The position numbers were made by a program, and so were the translations under genes. A stretch of 64,000 bases of DNA. Source: Centroscyllium fabricii (Eukaryota). This document shows positions 30,001 to 42,800 of the stretch, piece after piece. Location of the stretch: contig JBNRSN020000014.1 of NCBI GenBank assembly GCA_051313645.2, positions 151,838,001-151,902,000 of the forward strand. The letters run 5' to 3'. Numbering within the stretch: the first letter of the stretch is position 1; every line of letters starts with the position of its first letter. The notes under the pieces are model-generated. The model saw only the letters and a list, made by a program, of their open reading frames with translations. It was not told the origin of the DNA and searched no databases.

Positions 30001-33000
30001 CTGACTGAGAGAGGAATGACTGAGAGAGGATTGACTGAGAGAGGATTAACTGAGAGAGGATTGACTGAGGGAGGACTGACTGAGAGATGATTTAATGAGA
30101 GAGGATTGACAGAGAGAGGATTGACTGAGAGAGAACTGACTGAGAGAGGATTGAATGAGGGAGGACTGACTGAGAGATGATTTACTGAGAGTGGATTGAC
30201 TGAGAGAGGATTGACTGAGAGAGAACTGACTGAGAGAGGATTGACTGAGAGAGGATTGACTGAGAGAGGATTGACTGAGAGAGGATTGACTGAGAGAGGA
30301 TTGACTAAGAGAGGATTGACTGAGAGAGGATTAACTGAGAGAGGATTAACTGTGAGAGGATTGACTGAGAGAGGATTAACTGAGAGAGGATTGACTGAGA
30401 GAGGATTGACTGAGAGAGGATTAACTGAGAGAGGATTGACTGAGAGAGGATTGACTGAGAGAGGATTGACTGAGGGATGATTGACTGAGAGAGGATTGAC
30501 TGAGAGACGATTGGCTGAGAGAGAACTGACTCAGAGAGAACTGACTGAGGGAGGACTGACTGAGAGATGATTGACTGAGGGAGGATTGTCTGAGAGAGGA
30601 TTGACTGAGAGAGGATTGACTGAGAGAGGATTGATTGAGGGAGGATTGACTGAGAGAGGACTGACTGAGAGAGGATTGACTGAGAGACGATTGAATGAGA
30701 GAGGATTGACTGAGAGAGGATTGAATGAGAGAGGATTGAATGAGAGAGGATTGAATGAGAGAGGATTGACTGAGGTAGGATTGACTGAGAGAGGATTGAC
30801 TGAGAGAGGATTGACTGAGAGAGGATTGACTGAGAGAGGATTGACTGAGAGAGGGTTGACTCAGTGAGGATTGACTGAGAGAGGATTGACTGAGAGAGGA
30901 CTGACTGAGAGAGGATTGACTGAGAGAGGATTGACTGAGAGAGGACTGACTGAGAGAACTGACTGAGAGAGAACTGAACGAGAGAGGACTGACTGAGATA
31001 GGATTGACTGAGAGAGGATGGACTGAGGGAGGATTGACTGAGAGAAGACTGACTGAGAGAGGATTGACTGAGAGAGAACTGACTCAGAGAGAACTGACTG
31101 AGGGAGGATTGACTGAGAGAGGATTGACTGAGAGAGAACTGACTGAGAGAGGACTGACTGAGGGAGGATTGACTGAGAGAGGATTGACTGAGAGAGGACT
31201 GACAGAGTGAACTGACTGAGAGAGAACTGAATGAGAGAGGATTGACTCAGAGAGAACTGACTGAGGGAGGACTGACTGAGAGACGATTGACTGAGGGAGG
31301 ATTGACTGAGAGAGGATTGACTGAGAGAGGATTGACTGAGGTAAGGTTGACTGAGAGAGGACTGACTGAGACAGGATTGATTGAGAGACGATTGAATGAG
31401 AGAGGATTGACTGAGAGAGGATTGAATGAGAGAGGATTGAATGAGAGAGGATTGACTGAGAGAGGAATGACTGAGGTAGGATTCATTGAGAGAGGATTGA
31501 CTGAGAGAGGATTGACTGAGAGAGGATTGACTGAGAGAGGATTGACTGAGAGAGGATTGACTCAGTGAGGATTGACTGAGAGAGGATTGACTGAGAGAGG
31601 ACTGGCTGAGAGAGGATTGACTGAGAGAGGATTGACTGAGAGAGGACTGACTGAGAGAACAGACTGAGAGAGAACTGAACGAGAGAGGACAGACTGAGAG
31701 AGGATTGACTGTGAGTGGATTGACTGAGGGTGGATTGACTGAGAGAGGACTGACTGAGAGACGATTGACTGAGAGAGGATTGACTGAGAGACGATTGACT
31801 GAGGGAGGATTGACTGAGAGAGGACTGACTGAGAGAGGACTGACTGAGAGAGGATTGACTGAGAGAGGATTGACTGAGAGAGGATTGACTGTGGGAGGAC
31901 TGACTGAGAGAGAACTGACTGAGAGAGAACTGACTGAGAGAGGATTGACTGAGAGAGGATTGACTGAGAGAGGATTGACTCAGTGAGGATTGACTGAGAG
32001 AGGAATGACTGAGAGAAGATTGACTGAGAGAGAACTGACTGAGAGAGGATTAACTGAGGGAGAACTGACTGAGAGATGATTTACTGAGAGAGGATTGACT
32101 GAGAGAGGATTGACTGAGAGGGAACTGACTGAGAGAGGATTGAATGAGGGAGGACTGACTGAGAGGTGATTGACAGAGAGAGGATTGACTGAGAGAGGAT
32201 TGACTAAGAGAGGATTGACTGAGAGAGGATTAAATGAGAGAGGATTGACTGTGAGAGGATTGACTGAGAGAGGATTAACTGAGAGAGGATTGACTGAGAG
32301 AGGATTGACTGAGAGAGGATTAACTGAGAGAGGATTGACTGAGAGAGGATTGACTGAGAGAGGATTGACTGAGGGAGGATTGACTGAGAGAGGATTGACT
32401 GAGAGACGATTGGCTGAGAGATAACTGACTCAGAGAGAACTGACTGAGGGAGGATTGACTGAGAGAGGATTGACTGAGAGAGAACTGACTGAGAGAGGAC
32501 TGACTGAGGGAGGATTGACTGAGAGAGGATTGACTGAGAGAGGACTGACAGAGTGAACTGACTGAGAGAGATCTGAACGAGAGAGGATTGACTCAGAGAG
32601 AACTGACTGAGGGAGGACTGACTGAGAGACGATTGACTGAGGGAGGATTGACTGAGAGAGGATTGACTGAGAGAGGATTGACTGAGAGAGGATTGACTGA
32701 GGGAGGATTGACTGAGAGAGGACTGACTGAGAGAGGATTGACTGAGAGACGATTGAATGAGAGAGGATTGACTGAGAGAGGATTGAATGAGAGAGGATTG
32801 AATGAGAGAGGATTGACTGAGAGAGGATTGACTGAGGTAGGATTGACTGAGAGAGGATTGACTGAGAGAGGATTGACTGAGAGAGGATTGACTGAGGGAG
32901 GATTGTCTGAGAGAGGATTGACTGAGAGAGGATTGACTGAGAGAGGATTGATTGAGGGAGGATTGACTGAGAGAGGACTGACTGAGAGAGGATTGACTGA

Positions 33001-36000
33001 GAGACGATTGAATGAGAGAGGATTGACTGAGAGAGGATTGAATGAGAGAGGATTGAATGAGAGAGGATTGACTGAGAGAGGATTGACTGAGGTAGGATTG
33101 ACTGAGAGAGGATTGACTGAGAGAGGATTGACTGAGAGAGGATTGACTGAGAGAGGATTGACTGAGAGAGGGTTGACTCAGTGAGGATTGACTGAGAGAG
33201 GATTGACTGAGAGAAGACTGACTGAGAGAGGATTGACTGAGAGAGGATTGACTGAGAGAGGACTGACTGAGAGAACTGACTGAGAGAGAACTGAACGAGA
33301 GAGGACTGACTGAGATAGGATTGACTGAGAGAGGATGGACTGAGGGAGGATTGACTGAGAGAAGACTGACTGAGAGAGGATTGACTGAGAGAGAACTGAC
33401 TCAGAGAGAACTGACTGAGGGAGGATTGACTGAGAGAGGATTGACTGAGAGAGAACTGACTGAGAGAGGACTGACTGAGGGAGGATTGACTGAGAGAGGA
33501 TTGACTGAGAGAGGACTGACAGAGTGAACTGACTGAGAGAGAACTGAATGAGAGAGGATTGACTCAGAGAGAACTGACTGAGGGAGGACTGACTGAGAGA
33601 CGATTGACTGAGGGAGTATTGACTGAGAGAGGATTGACTGAGAGAGGATTGACTGAGGTAAGGTTGACTGAGAGAGGACTGACTGAGAGAGGATTGACTG
33701 AGAGACGATTGAATGAGAGAGGATTGACTGAGAGAGGATTGAATGAGAGAGGATTGAATGAGAGAGGATTGACTGAGAGAGGAATGACTGAGGTAGGATT
33801 GATTGAGAGAGGATTGACTGAGAGAGGATTGACTGAGAGAGGATTGACTGAGAGAGGATTGACTGAGAGAGGATTGACTCAGTGAGGATTGACTGAGAGA
33901 GGATTGACTGAGAGAGGACTGACTGAGAGAGGATTGACTGAGAGAGGATTGACTGAGAGAGGACTGACTGAGAGAACAGACTGAGAGAGAACTGAACGAG
34001 AGAGGACAGACTGAGAGAGGATTGACTGTGAGTGGATTGACTGAGGGAGGATTGACTGAGAGAGGACTGACTGAGAGACGATTGACTGAGAGAGGATTGA
34101 CTGAGAGACGATTGACTGAGGGAGGATTGACTGAGAGAGGACTGACTGAGAGAGGACTGACTGAGAGAGGATTGACTGAGAGAGGATTGACTGAGAGAGG
34201 ATTGACTGTGGGAGGACTGACTGAGAGAGAACTGACTGAGAGAGAACTGACTGAGAGAGGATTGACTGAGAGAGGATTGACTGAGAGAGGATTGACTCAG
34301 TGAGGATTGACTGAGAGAGGAATGACTGAGAGAGGATTGACTGAGAGAGAACTGACTGAGAGAGGATTAACTGAGGGAGAACTGACTGAGAGATGATTTA
34401 CTGAGAGAGGATTGACTGAGAGAGGATTGACTGAGAGGGAACTGACTGAGAGAGGATTGAATGAGGGAGGACTGACTGAGAGGTGATTGACTGAGAGAGG
34501 ATTGACTGAGAGAGGATTGACTAAGAGAGGATTGACTGAGAGAGGATTAAATGAGAGACGATTGACTGTGAGAGGATTGATTGAGAGAGGATTAACTGAG
34601 AGAGGATTGACTGAGAGAGGATTGACTGAGAGAGGATTAACTGAGAGAGGATTGACTGAGAGAGGATTGACTAAGAGAGGATTGACTGAGGGAGGATTGA
34701 CTGAGAGAGGATTGACTGAGAGACGATTGGATGAGAGATAACTGACTCAGAGAGAACTGACTGAGGGAGGATTGACTGAGAGAGGATTGACTGAGAGAGA
34801 ACTGACTGAGAGAGGACTGACTGAGGGAGGATTGACTGAGAGAGGATTGACTGAGAGAGGACTGACAGAGTGAACTGACTGAGAGAGATCTGAACGAGAG
34901 AGGATTGACTCAGAGAGAACTGACTGAGGGAGGACTGACTGAGAGACGATTGACTGAGGGAGGATTGACTGAGAGAGGATTGACTGAGAGAGGATTGACT
35001 GAGAGAGGATTGACTGAGGGAGGATTGACTGAGAGAGGACTGACTGAGAGAGGATTGACTGAGAGACGATTGAATGAGAGAGGATTGACTGAGAGAGGAT
35101 TGAATGAGAGAGGATTGAATGAGAGAGGGTTGACTGAGAGAGGATTGACTGAGGTAGGATTGACTGAGAGAGGATTGACTGAGAGAGGATTGACTGAGAG
35201 AGGATTGACTGAGAGAGGACTGTCTGAGAGAGGATTGACTGAGAGAGGATTGACTGAGAGAGGACTGACTGAGAGAACTGACTGAGAGAGAACTGAACGA
35301 TAGAGGACTGACTGAGATAGGATTGACTGAGAGAGGATGGACTGAGGGAGGATTGACTGAGAGAAGACTGACTGAGAGATGATTGACTGAGAGAGAACTG
35401 ACTCAGAGAGAACTGACTGAGGGAGGATTGACTGAGAGAGGATTGACTGAGAGAGAACTGACTGAGAGAGGACTGACTGAGGGAGGATTGACTGAGAGAG
35501 GATTGACTGAGAGAGGACTGACAGAGTGAACTGACTGAGAGAGAACTGAACGAGAGAGGATTGACTCAGTGAGAACTGACTGAGGGAGGACTGACTGAGA
35601 GACGATTGACTGAGGGAGGATTGACTGAGAGAGGATTGACTGAGAGAGGATTGACTGAGGGAGGATTGACTGAGAGAGGACTGACTGAGAGAGGATTGAC
35701 TGAGAGACGATTGAATGAGAGAGGATTGACTGAGAGAGGATTGAATGAGAGAGGATTGAATGAGAGAGGATTGACTGAGAGAGGATTGACTGAGGTAGGA
35801 TTGACTGAGAGAGGATTGACTGAGAGAGGGCTGACTGAGAGAGAATTGACTGAGAGAGTATTGACTGAGAGAGGATTGACTCAGTGAGGATTGACTGAGA
35901 GAGGATTGACTGAGAGAGGACTGACTGAGAGAGGATTGACTGAGAGAGGATTGACTGAGAGAGGACTGACTGAGAGAACTGACTGAGAGAGAACTGAACG

Positions 36001-39000
36001 AGAGAGGACTGACAGAGATAGGATTGACTGAGAGAGGATGGACTGAGGGAGGATTTACTGAGAGAAGACTGACTGAGAGAGGATTGACTGAGAGAGGACT
36101 GACTGAGAGAGGATTGACTGAGAGAGGATTGACTGAGGGAGGACTGACTGAGAGAGAACTGACTGAGAGAGAACTGACTGAGAGAGGATTGACTGAGAGA
36201 GGATTGACTTAGGGAGGATTGACTCAGTGAGGATTGACTGAGAGAGGATTGACTGAGAGAGGACTGACTGGGGAGAACTGACTGAGAGAGGACTGACTGA
36301 GAGACGATTGACTGAGAGAGGATTGACTGAGAGAGGATTGACTGAGAGAGGATTGACTGAGGGAGGACTGACTGAGAGAGGATTTACTGAGAGAGGATTG
36401 ACTGAGAAAGGATTGACTGAGGGAGGATTGACTGAGAGAGAACTGACTGAGAGAGAAATGACTGAGAGAGGATTGACTGAGAGAGGATTGACTGAGGGAG
36501 GACTGACTGAGAGAGGATTTACTGAGAGAGAATTGACTGAGAAAGGATTGACTGAGGGAGGATTGACTGAGAGAGTACTGACTGACTGAGAACTGACTGA
36601 GAGAGGATTGACTGAGAGAGGATTGACTGCGGGAGGGTTGACTTAGTGAGGATTGACTGAGAGAGGATTGACTAAGAGAGGATTGACTGAGAGAGGATTG
36701 ACTGAGAGAGGATTGACTAAGAGAGGACTGACTGAGAGGATTGACTGAGAGAGGACTGACTGAGAGAGGATTGACTGAGAGAGGATTGACTGAGAGAGGA
36801 TTGACTGAGAGAGAACTGACTGAGAGAGGATTGACTGAGAGAGAACTGACTGAGAGAAGATTGACAGAGAGAGGATTGACTGAGAGAGGATTGACTGAGA
36901 GAGGATTGACTGAGAGAGGATTGACTGAGAGAGGATTGACTGAGAGAGAACTGACTGAGAGAGAACTGAGAGAGGGAGGATTGACTGAGAGAGGATTGAT
37001 TGAGAGAGAACTGAATGAGAGAGGATTGACTGAGGGAGGACTGACTGAGAGAGGATTTATTGAGAGAGGATTAACTGAGAGAGGATTGACTGAGAGAGGA
37101 TTGACTGAGAGAGAACTGACTGAGAGAGAACTGACTGAGAGAGGATTGACTGAGGGAGGATTGACTGAGAGAGGATTGACTGAGAGAGGATTGACTGAGA
37201 GAGGACTGAATGAGAGAGGACTGACTGAGGCAGGATTGACTGAGGGAGGACTGACTGAGAGAGGATTGACTGAGAGAGGATTGAGTGAGAGAGAACTGAC
37301 TGAGAGAGAACTGACTGAGAGGATTGACGGAGAGAGGATTGACTGAGAGAGAACTGACTGAGAGAGGACTGACTGAGAGGATTGACTGAGAGAGGATTGA
37401 CTGAGAGAGGTTTGACTTAGAGAGGATTGACTGAGAGAGAACTGACTGAGAGAGGATTGACTGAGAGAGAACTGACTGAGAGGATTGACTGAGAGATGAT
37501 TGACTGAGAAGGATTGACTGAGAGAGGATTGACTGAGAGAGAACTGACTGAGAGAGGACTGACTGAGAGAGAACTGACTGAGAGAGGATAGACTGAGAGA
37601 TGACTGACTGAGAGAGGACTGACTGAGAGAGTTTTGACTGAGGGAAGATTGACTGAGAGGGGATTGACTGAGGGAGGACTGACTGAGAGAGGATTTACTG
37701 AGAGAACTGACTGAGAGAGAACTGACTGAGAGAGGATTGACTGAGAGAGAACTGACTCAGAGAGAACTGACGAGGGAGGATTGACTGAGAGAGGATTGAC
37801 TGAGAGAGAACTGACTGAGAGAGGACTGACTGAGGGAGGATTGACTGAGAGAGGATTGACTGAGAGAGGACTGATAGAGTGAACTGACTGAGAGAGAACT
37901 GAACGAGAGAGGATTGACTCAGAGAGAACAAACTGAGAGAGGACTGACTGAGAGACGATTGACTGAGGGAGGATTGACTGAGAGAGGATTGACTGAGAGA
38001 GGATTGACTGAGGGAGGATTGACTGAGAGAGGACTGACTGAGAGAGGATTGACTGAGAGACGATTGAATGAGAGAGGATTGACTGAGAGAGGATTGAATG
38101 AGAGAGGATTGAATGAGAGAGGATTGACTGAGAGAGGATTGACTGAGTTAGGATTGACTGAGAGAGGATTGACTGAGAGAGGATTGACTGAGAGAGGATT
38201 GACTGAGAGAGGATTGACTGAGAGAGGATTGAATCAGTGGGGATTGACTGAGAGAGGATTGACTGAGAGAGGACTGACTGAGAGAGGGTTGACTGAGAGA
38301 TGATTGACTGAGAGAGGACTGACTGAGAGAACTGACTGAGAGAGAACTGAACGAGAGAGGACTGACTTAGAGAGGATTGACTGAGAGAGGATGGACTGAG
38401 GGAGGATTGACAGAGAGAAGACTGACTGAGAGAGGATTGACTGAGAGAGGACTGACTGAGAGAGGATTGACTGAGAGAGGATTGACTGAGGGAGGACTGA
38501 CTGAGAGAGAACTGACTGAGAGAGAACTGACTGAGAGAGGATTGACTGAGAGAGGATTGACTGAGAGAGGATTGACTGAGAGAGTATTGACTGAGAGAGA
38601 ACTGACTGAGAGAGGACTGACTGAGAGAGAACTGACTGAGAGAGGATAGATTGAGAGATGACTGACTGAGAGAGGACTGACTGCGAGAGTTTTGACTGAG
38701 GGAGGACTGACTGAGAGAGGATTTACTGAGAGAACTGACTGAGAGAGAACTGACTGAGAGAGGTTTGACTGAGAGAGAACTGACTGAGAGTGGATTGACT
38801 GAGAGAGGATTCACTGAGAGAGAACCGACTGAGAGAGGATTGACTGAGAGAGGATTGACTGAGAGAGGATTGAGAGGGGATTGACTGAGAGAGGATTGAC
38901 TGAGAGAGGACTGACTGAGAGAGGATTTACTGAGAGAGAACTGACTGAGGGAGGATTGACTGAGATAGGATTGACTGAGTGAGAATTGACTGAGAGAGGA

Positions 39001-39577
39001 GTGACTGAGAGAGAACTGACTGAGGGCGAACTGACTGAGAGAGGATTGACTGAGAGGATTGACTGAGGGAGGATTGACTGAGAGAAGATTGACTGAGAGA
39101 GGATTGACTGAGAGATGACTGACTGGGAGATGATTGACTGAGAGAAGATTGACTGAGGGAGGATTGACTGAGAGAGGATTGAATGAGAGAGAACAGACTG
39201 AGAGAGGATTGACTGAGAGAGGATTGACTGAGGGAGGATTGACTGAGAGAGGATTGACTGAGAGAGGATTGAGAGGGGATTGACTGAGAGAGGATTGACT
39301 GGGAAAGGACTGACTGAGAGAGGATTGACTGAGAGAGGATTGACTGAGAAAGGATTGACTGAGAGAGGATTGACTGAGAGAGTACTGACTGAGAGAGGAT
39401 TGACTGAGAGTGGATTGACTTAGAGAGGACTGACCGAGAGAGAACTGACTGAGAGAGGATTGACTGAGAGAGGACTGACTGAGAGATGATTGACTGAGAG
39501 AGGATTGACTGAGAGAGGATTGACTGAGAGAGAACTGACTGAGGGAGGATTGACTGAGAGAGGATTGACTGAGAGAG
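1..39577 (+). repeat. 15-bp tandem satellite array, block 1 (consensus GGATTGACTGAGAGA), continues off the left edge
   Basis: Uninterrupted 15-bp periodicity. Recurrent variants (GAACTG, GGACTG, GAGGGA, CGATTG, TTGAAT, CAGTGA, GAGGTA) and occasional 13-bp monomers lacking one GA. Confidence 0.99.
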
Positions 39578-39796
39578 TGTGATAATACAGAACAGCTTCT
39601 ATCTGCTTACATCACTTCTGGGGACCTATGAACTTTTGTATGATGTCACTTCCTGTAACTAGCCCAGTATAAATACTGGGCTACTCACTATGATTTAGTA
39701 AGAGGCATAGTGAAGACCTCTTTTGTATGTAGCACCTTTATAAGTTGATTAAAGCTTACCTTAAGTTCCTATCGTGTAAGTTTCATTCTTACAACA
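39578..39796 (+). repeat. 5' LTR
   Basis: TGTGATAATAC...CTTACAACA; matches 43884-44102 except at 39619 (T vs C) and 39627 (T vs A). Confidence 0.98.
39660..39683 (+). promoter_or_regulatory. Putative LTR TATA box (TATAAAT) at the centre of a perfect 11-bp inverted repeat
   Basis: TAGCCCAGTAT-AA-ATACTGGGCTA; same in the 3' LTR at 43966-43989. Promoter function is inferred. Confidence 0.6.
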
Positions 39797-39797
39797 A

Positions 39798-39809
39798 TTT
39801 AATCAACTT
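39798..39809 (+). promoter_or_regulatory. Non-tRNA primer-binding site candidate, complementary to the element's own LTR
   Basis: TTTAATCAACTT starts 1 nt after the LTR end, has no TGG, and is the exact reverse complement of AAGTTGATTAAA at 39742-39753. Confidence 0.7.
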
Positions 39810-39879
39810 TGCAAAACCTCTCACTCAACTCGAACTTTTGGACAAAACTCGGAGCTGAGGATCCAGGGAAGCCACCAGC

Positions 39880-42800
39880 ATGGAGAACCTCCTTAGACCG
39901 ACTCGTCTCGATTTGGTCCCAAACACCTCAGCAGCGGATAAAGTCTGGAAACACTGGTATCACGCTTTTGAAAATTTTCTTGTATATTGTGAAGCTGATG
40001 ATGACATGAAGCTCAAGTTACTAATCAACTATGTCACCCCAAGGGTATATGAATGTGTGGATCATTGGACTAATTTTGATGAGGCAATTCGGACACTTCA
40101 GAAACTATATACTAAGACACCTAATGAGGTCTATGCTAGACATCTACTAGCTACAGCCCGACAAGGGCCAGAGGTATCAATTGATAAATTCCTTCATGAG
40201 CTTCGCAGTCTTAGCATGAATTGTAACTTTCAGGCGGCTTCAGCTGAGCTGTACCGTGAAGAAATGATTCGTGATGCCTTCATCTGCGGGCTTGCCTCCC
40301 CATTTATTCGCCAGCGTCTACTCGAAAGTAAGACACTGGAACTACAAAAAGCTTATGACTTGGCTTGTTCTCTGGATTTGGCAAAAAGAAATGCAGACCT
40401 TTATGAAGTACCTAGACCTCGAACTGCTGCTTTAACCACAACCAGACAATTTAAGCGGCCACAGGTGAACTCTATTAGGGAGGACTGTTATCCTGATGAT
40501 CAATCTGAGGACTTCACTGATGAAGAAGATAATGACCCCACTCTGGCAGCCTCTTGGCGATCTAAGAAATGCTTCTTTTGTGGTGATGAGTTTCATCCTA
40601 GGAAATTCTGCCCTGCTCGCAATGCGATTTGCAGTCATTGTGACAAAAAGGGTCATTTTGCGAAGGTTTGCCTATCACGAGCCTCTACGAGGGCTTATCA
40701 AGCTCAGTCCTATCGAACTGCCCCAATTAGGGCCTATCAAGATATTCCGACTAAATCTTATCATGCTTCTTCTCGGGGTTTTTCCCGAAGAAGCACACCT
40801 AGAGTTTCTGCCACTCTTTGTGCAACAACATCAATTACAGCTGCTTGTCCTCCAAATCTATTCTATGCTGCTGTGAAGGCATCAATTGCTGGACATACTT
40901 TAGATGCCTTAATTGACTCTGGCAGCTCTGATAGTTTTATTAGGGAACAGGTTGTTACAAAGTTAAAGCTACATGTTTTCCCATCCAACCAGGCAATTGC
41001 GATGGCTCAGTCGTCGCTCAACACCAGAACCTCCGGCTTTTGTATTGTTGAAATATCACTTAATGGCCACAGGTATCCCTCTACCCGGCTTTCGGTGCTC
41101 AAGGACCTGTGTAGTGACCTTCTCTTAGGGCTGGACTTCCAAAAGCAGCATAAGACGCTCACTATTGAGTTCGGCGGATCCAAACCCGGACTCACTGTTT
41201 CTAATATCCTGCCTCAATTACCGTTCTGTGCATTGTCAGCGGCTTCGCTGGATGAACCCTCACTATTTACCAGTATTCCTCCTCGATGCAAGCCAATTAT
41301 AACAAAATCACGACGTTTCACTCAGGAAGACCAGTCCTTTATTGCGACTGAAATTTCTCGGCTTTTGGCAGAGGATATCATCGAGCCTTGTTCATCGTCA
41401 TGGCGGGCCCAAGTTGTTATTGTTAAAAATCCTCTGCAGCCTCACAAGAAACGGCTGTGCATTGACTATTCACAGACCATCAATCAATATACGAACTTGG
41501 ACGCCTACCCATTGCCGCGCATAGATGATATGGTTAATAAATTGGCTGAGTACACGGTGTTCTCAACGTATGATCTGAAAAGCGCCTATCATCAAGTACC
41601 TTTGAAAGTCTCAGACAAGCAGTATACGGCCTTTGAGGCCAATGGACGGCTGTACCAGTTCCGTCGCCTCCCGTTTGGGGTCACTAATGGAGTGGCTGTC
41701 TTCCAGCGGGCAATGGATGACTTCGTCAAGCAGGAAAACTTAAAGGATACTTTTCCTTATCTAGATAATATTACTGTTGCAGGTCGTGATCAACAGGAAC
41801 ACGACGCCAATCTCCAACGATTTCAGGATGCACTCCAGCACCGTAATTTAACATTGAATGCGTCTAAATCTATTGAGTCACACAACCAACCATCAACATC
41901 CTTGGCTATTGTGTGGGCAATGGCATAATTAAACCGGACCCTGAAAGGCTTCGTCCGCTCCAAGAGCTCCCGCCACCTAAGAATCCAGCCTCCTTGCGTC
42001 GGGCCCTCGGCCTCTTTGCATATTATGCTAAATGGATTCCTAACTTCTCGGACAGAATCCAACCCCTACTGAAGGCCGGAACATTTCCATTAGACACAGC
42101 GGCTGTTACAGCCTTCAATCTTCTAAAACAACTGTTGGAGAAAGCGGCCCTTCACTCTATTGATGAGAATCTGCCCTTCGTCGTTGAATGTGATGCCTCA
42201 GAAGTGGCGATCTCGGCTACTCTGAATCAGGAAGGTCGTCCGGTGGCATTTTTATCCAGGACCTTTCAAGGTGCCGAAATACATTATCCTCCAGTGGAGA
42301 AAGAAGCTACAGCCATTATCGAGGCAGTACGGAAATGGAACCATTTCCTAGCTCGGCAACACTTTACGTTAATAACAGACCAGCGATCGGTCGCTTTTAT
42401 GCTTGATAATCGGAAACGAACCAAAATTAAAAATAATAAGATCCAGCTTTAGCGGATGGAGTTGGCCTCTTTCGGTTACACCATCCACTACCGACCTGGC
42501 AAGGACAATGTGGCCCCGGATACCCTCACACGAGCATTCTGCTCCGCCGTGTCACCCTCTACTCTCGTGGACGTCCATGATGGATTGTGTCATCCTGGCG
42601 TTACCCGCATGTTACACTTCGTGCGATCACGGAATCTCCATTTTTCTACCGGGGATGTCAAGAAGATGTGCTCGGACTGCAGAGTCTGTGCAGAATTAAA
42701 GCCTCAGTTTTTCCGCCCCTCGGGTGGTACGCTCATACATGCGACCCAGCCGATGCAACGGCTTAGCATGGATTTTAAGGGCCCGTTGCCCTCTTCAACT

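Noticed and set aside
1-39577. CRISPR-like or antigen-variation cassette array
   Set aside because: No unique spacers or cas genes; context is eukaryotic retroelements.
41871-41890. Programmed ribosomal frameshift inside RT
   Set aside because: No slippery heptamer, and it falls inside the RT domain; a CA slippage insertion explains it more simply.
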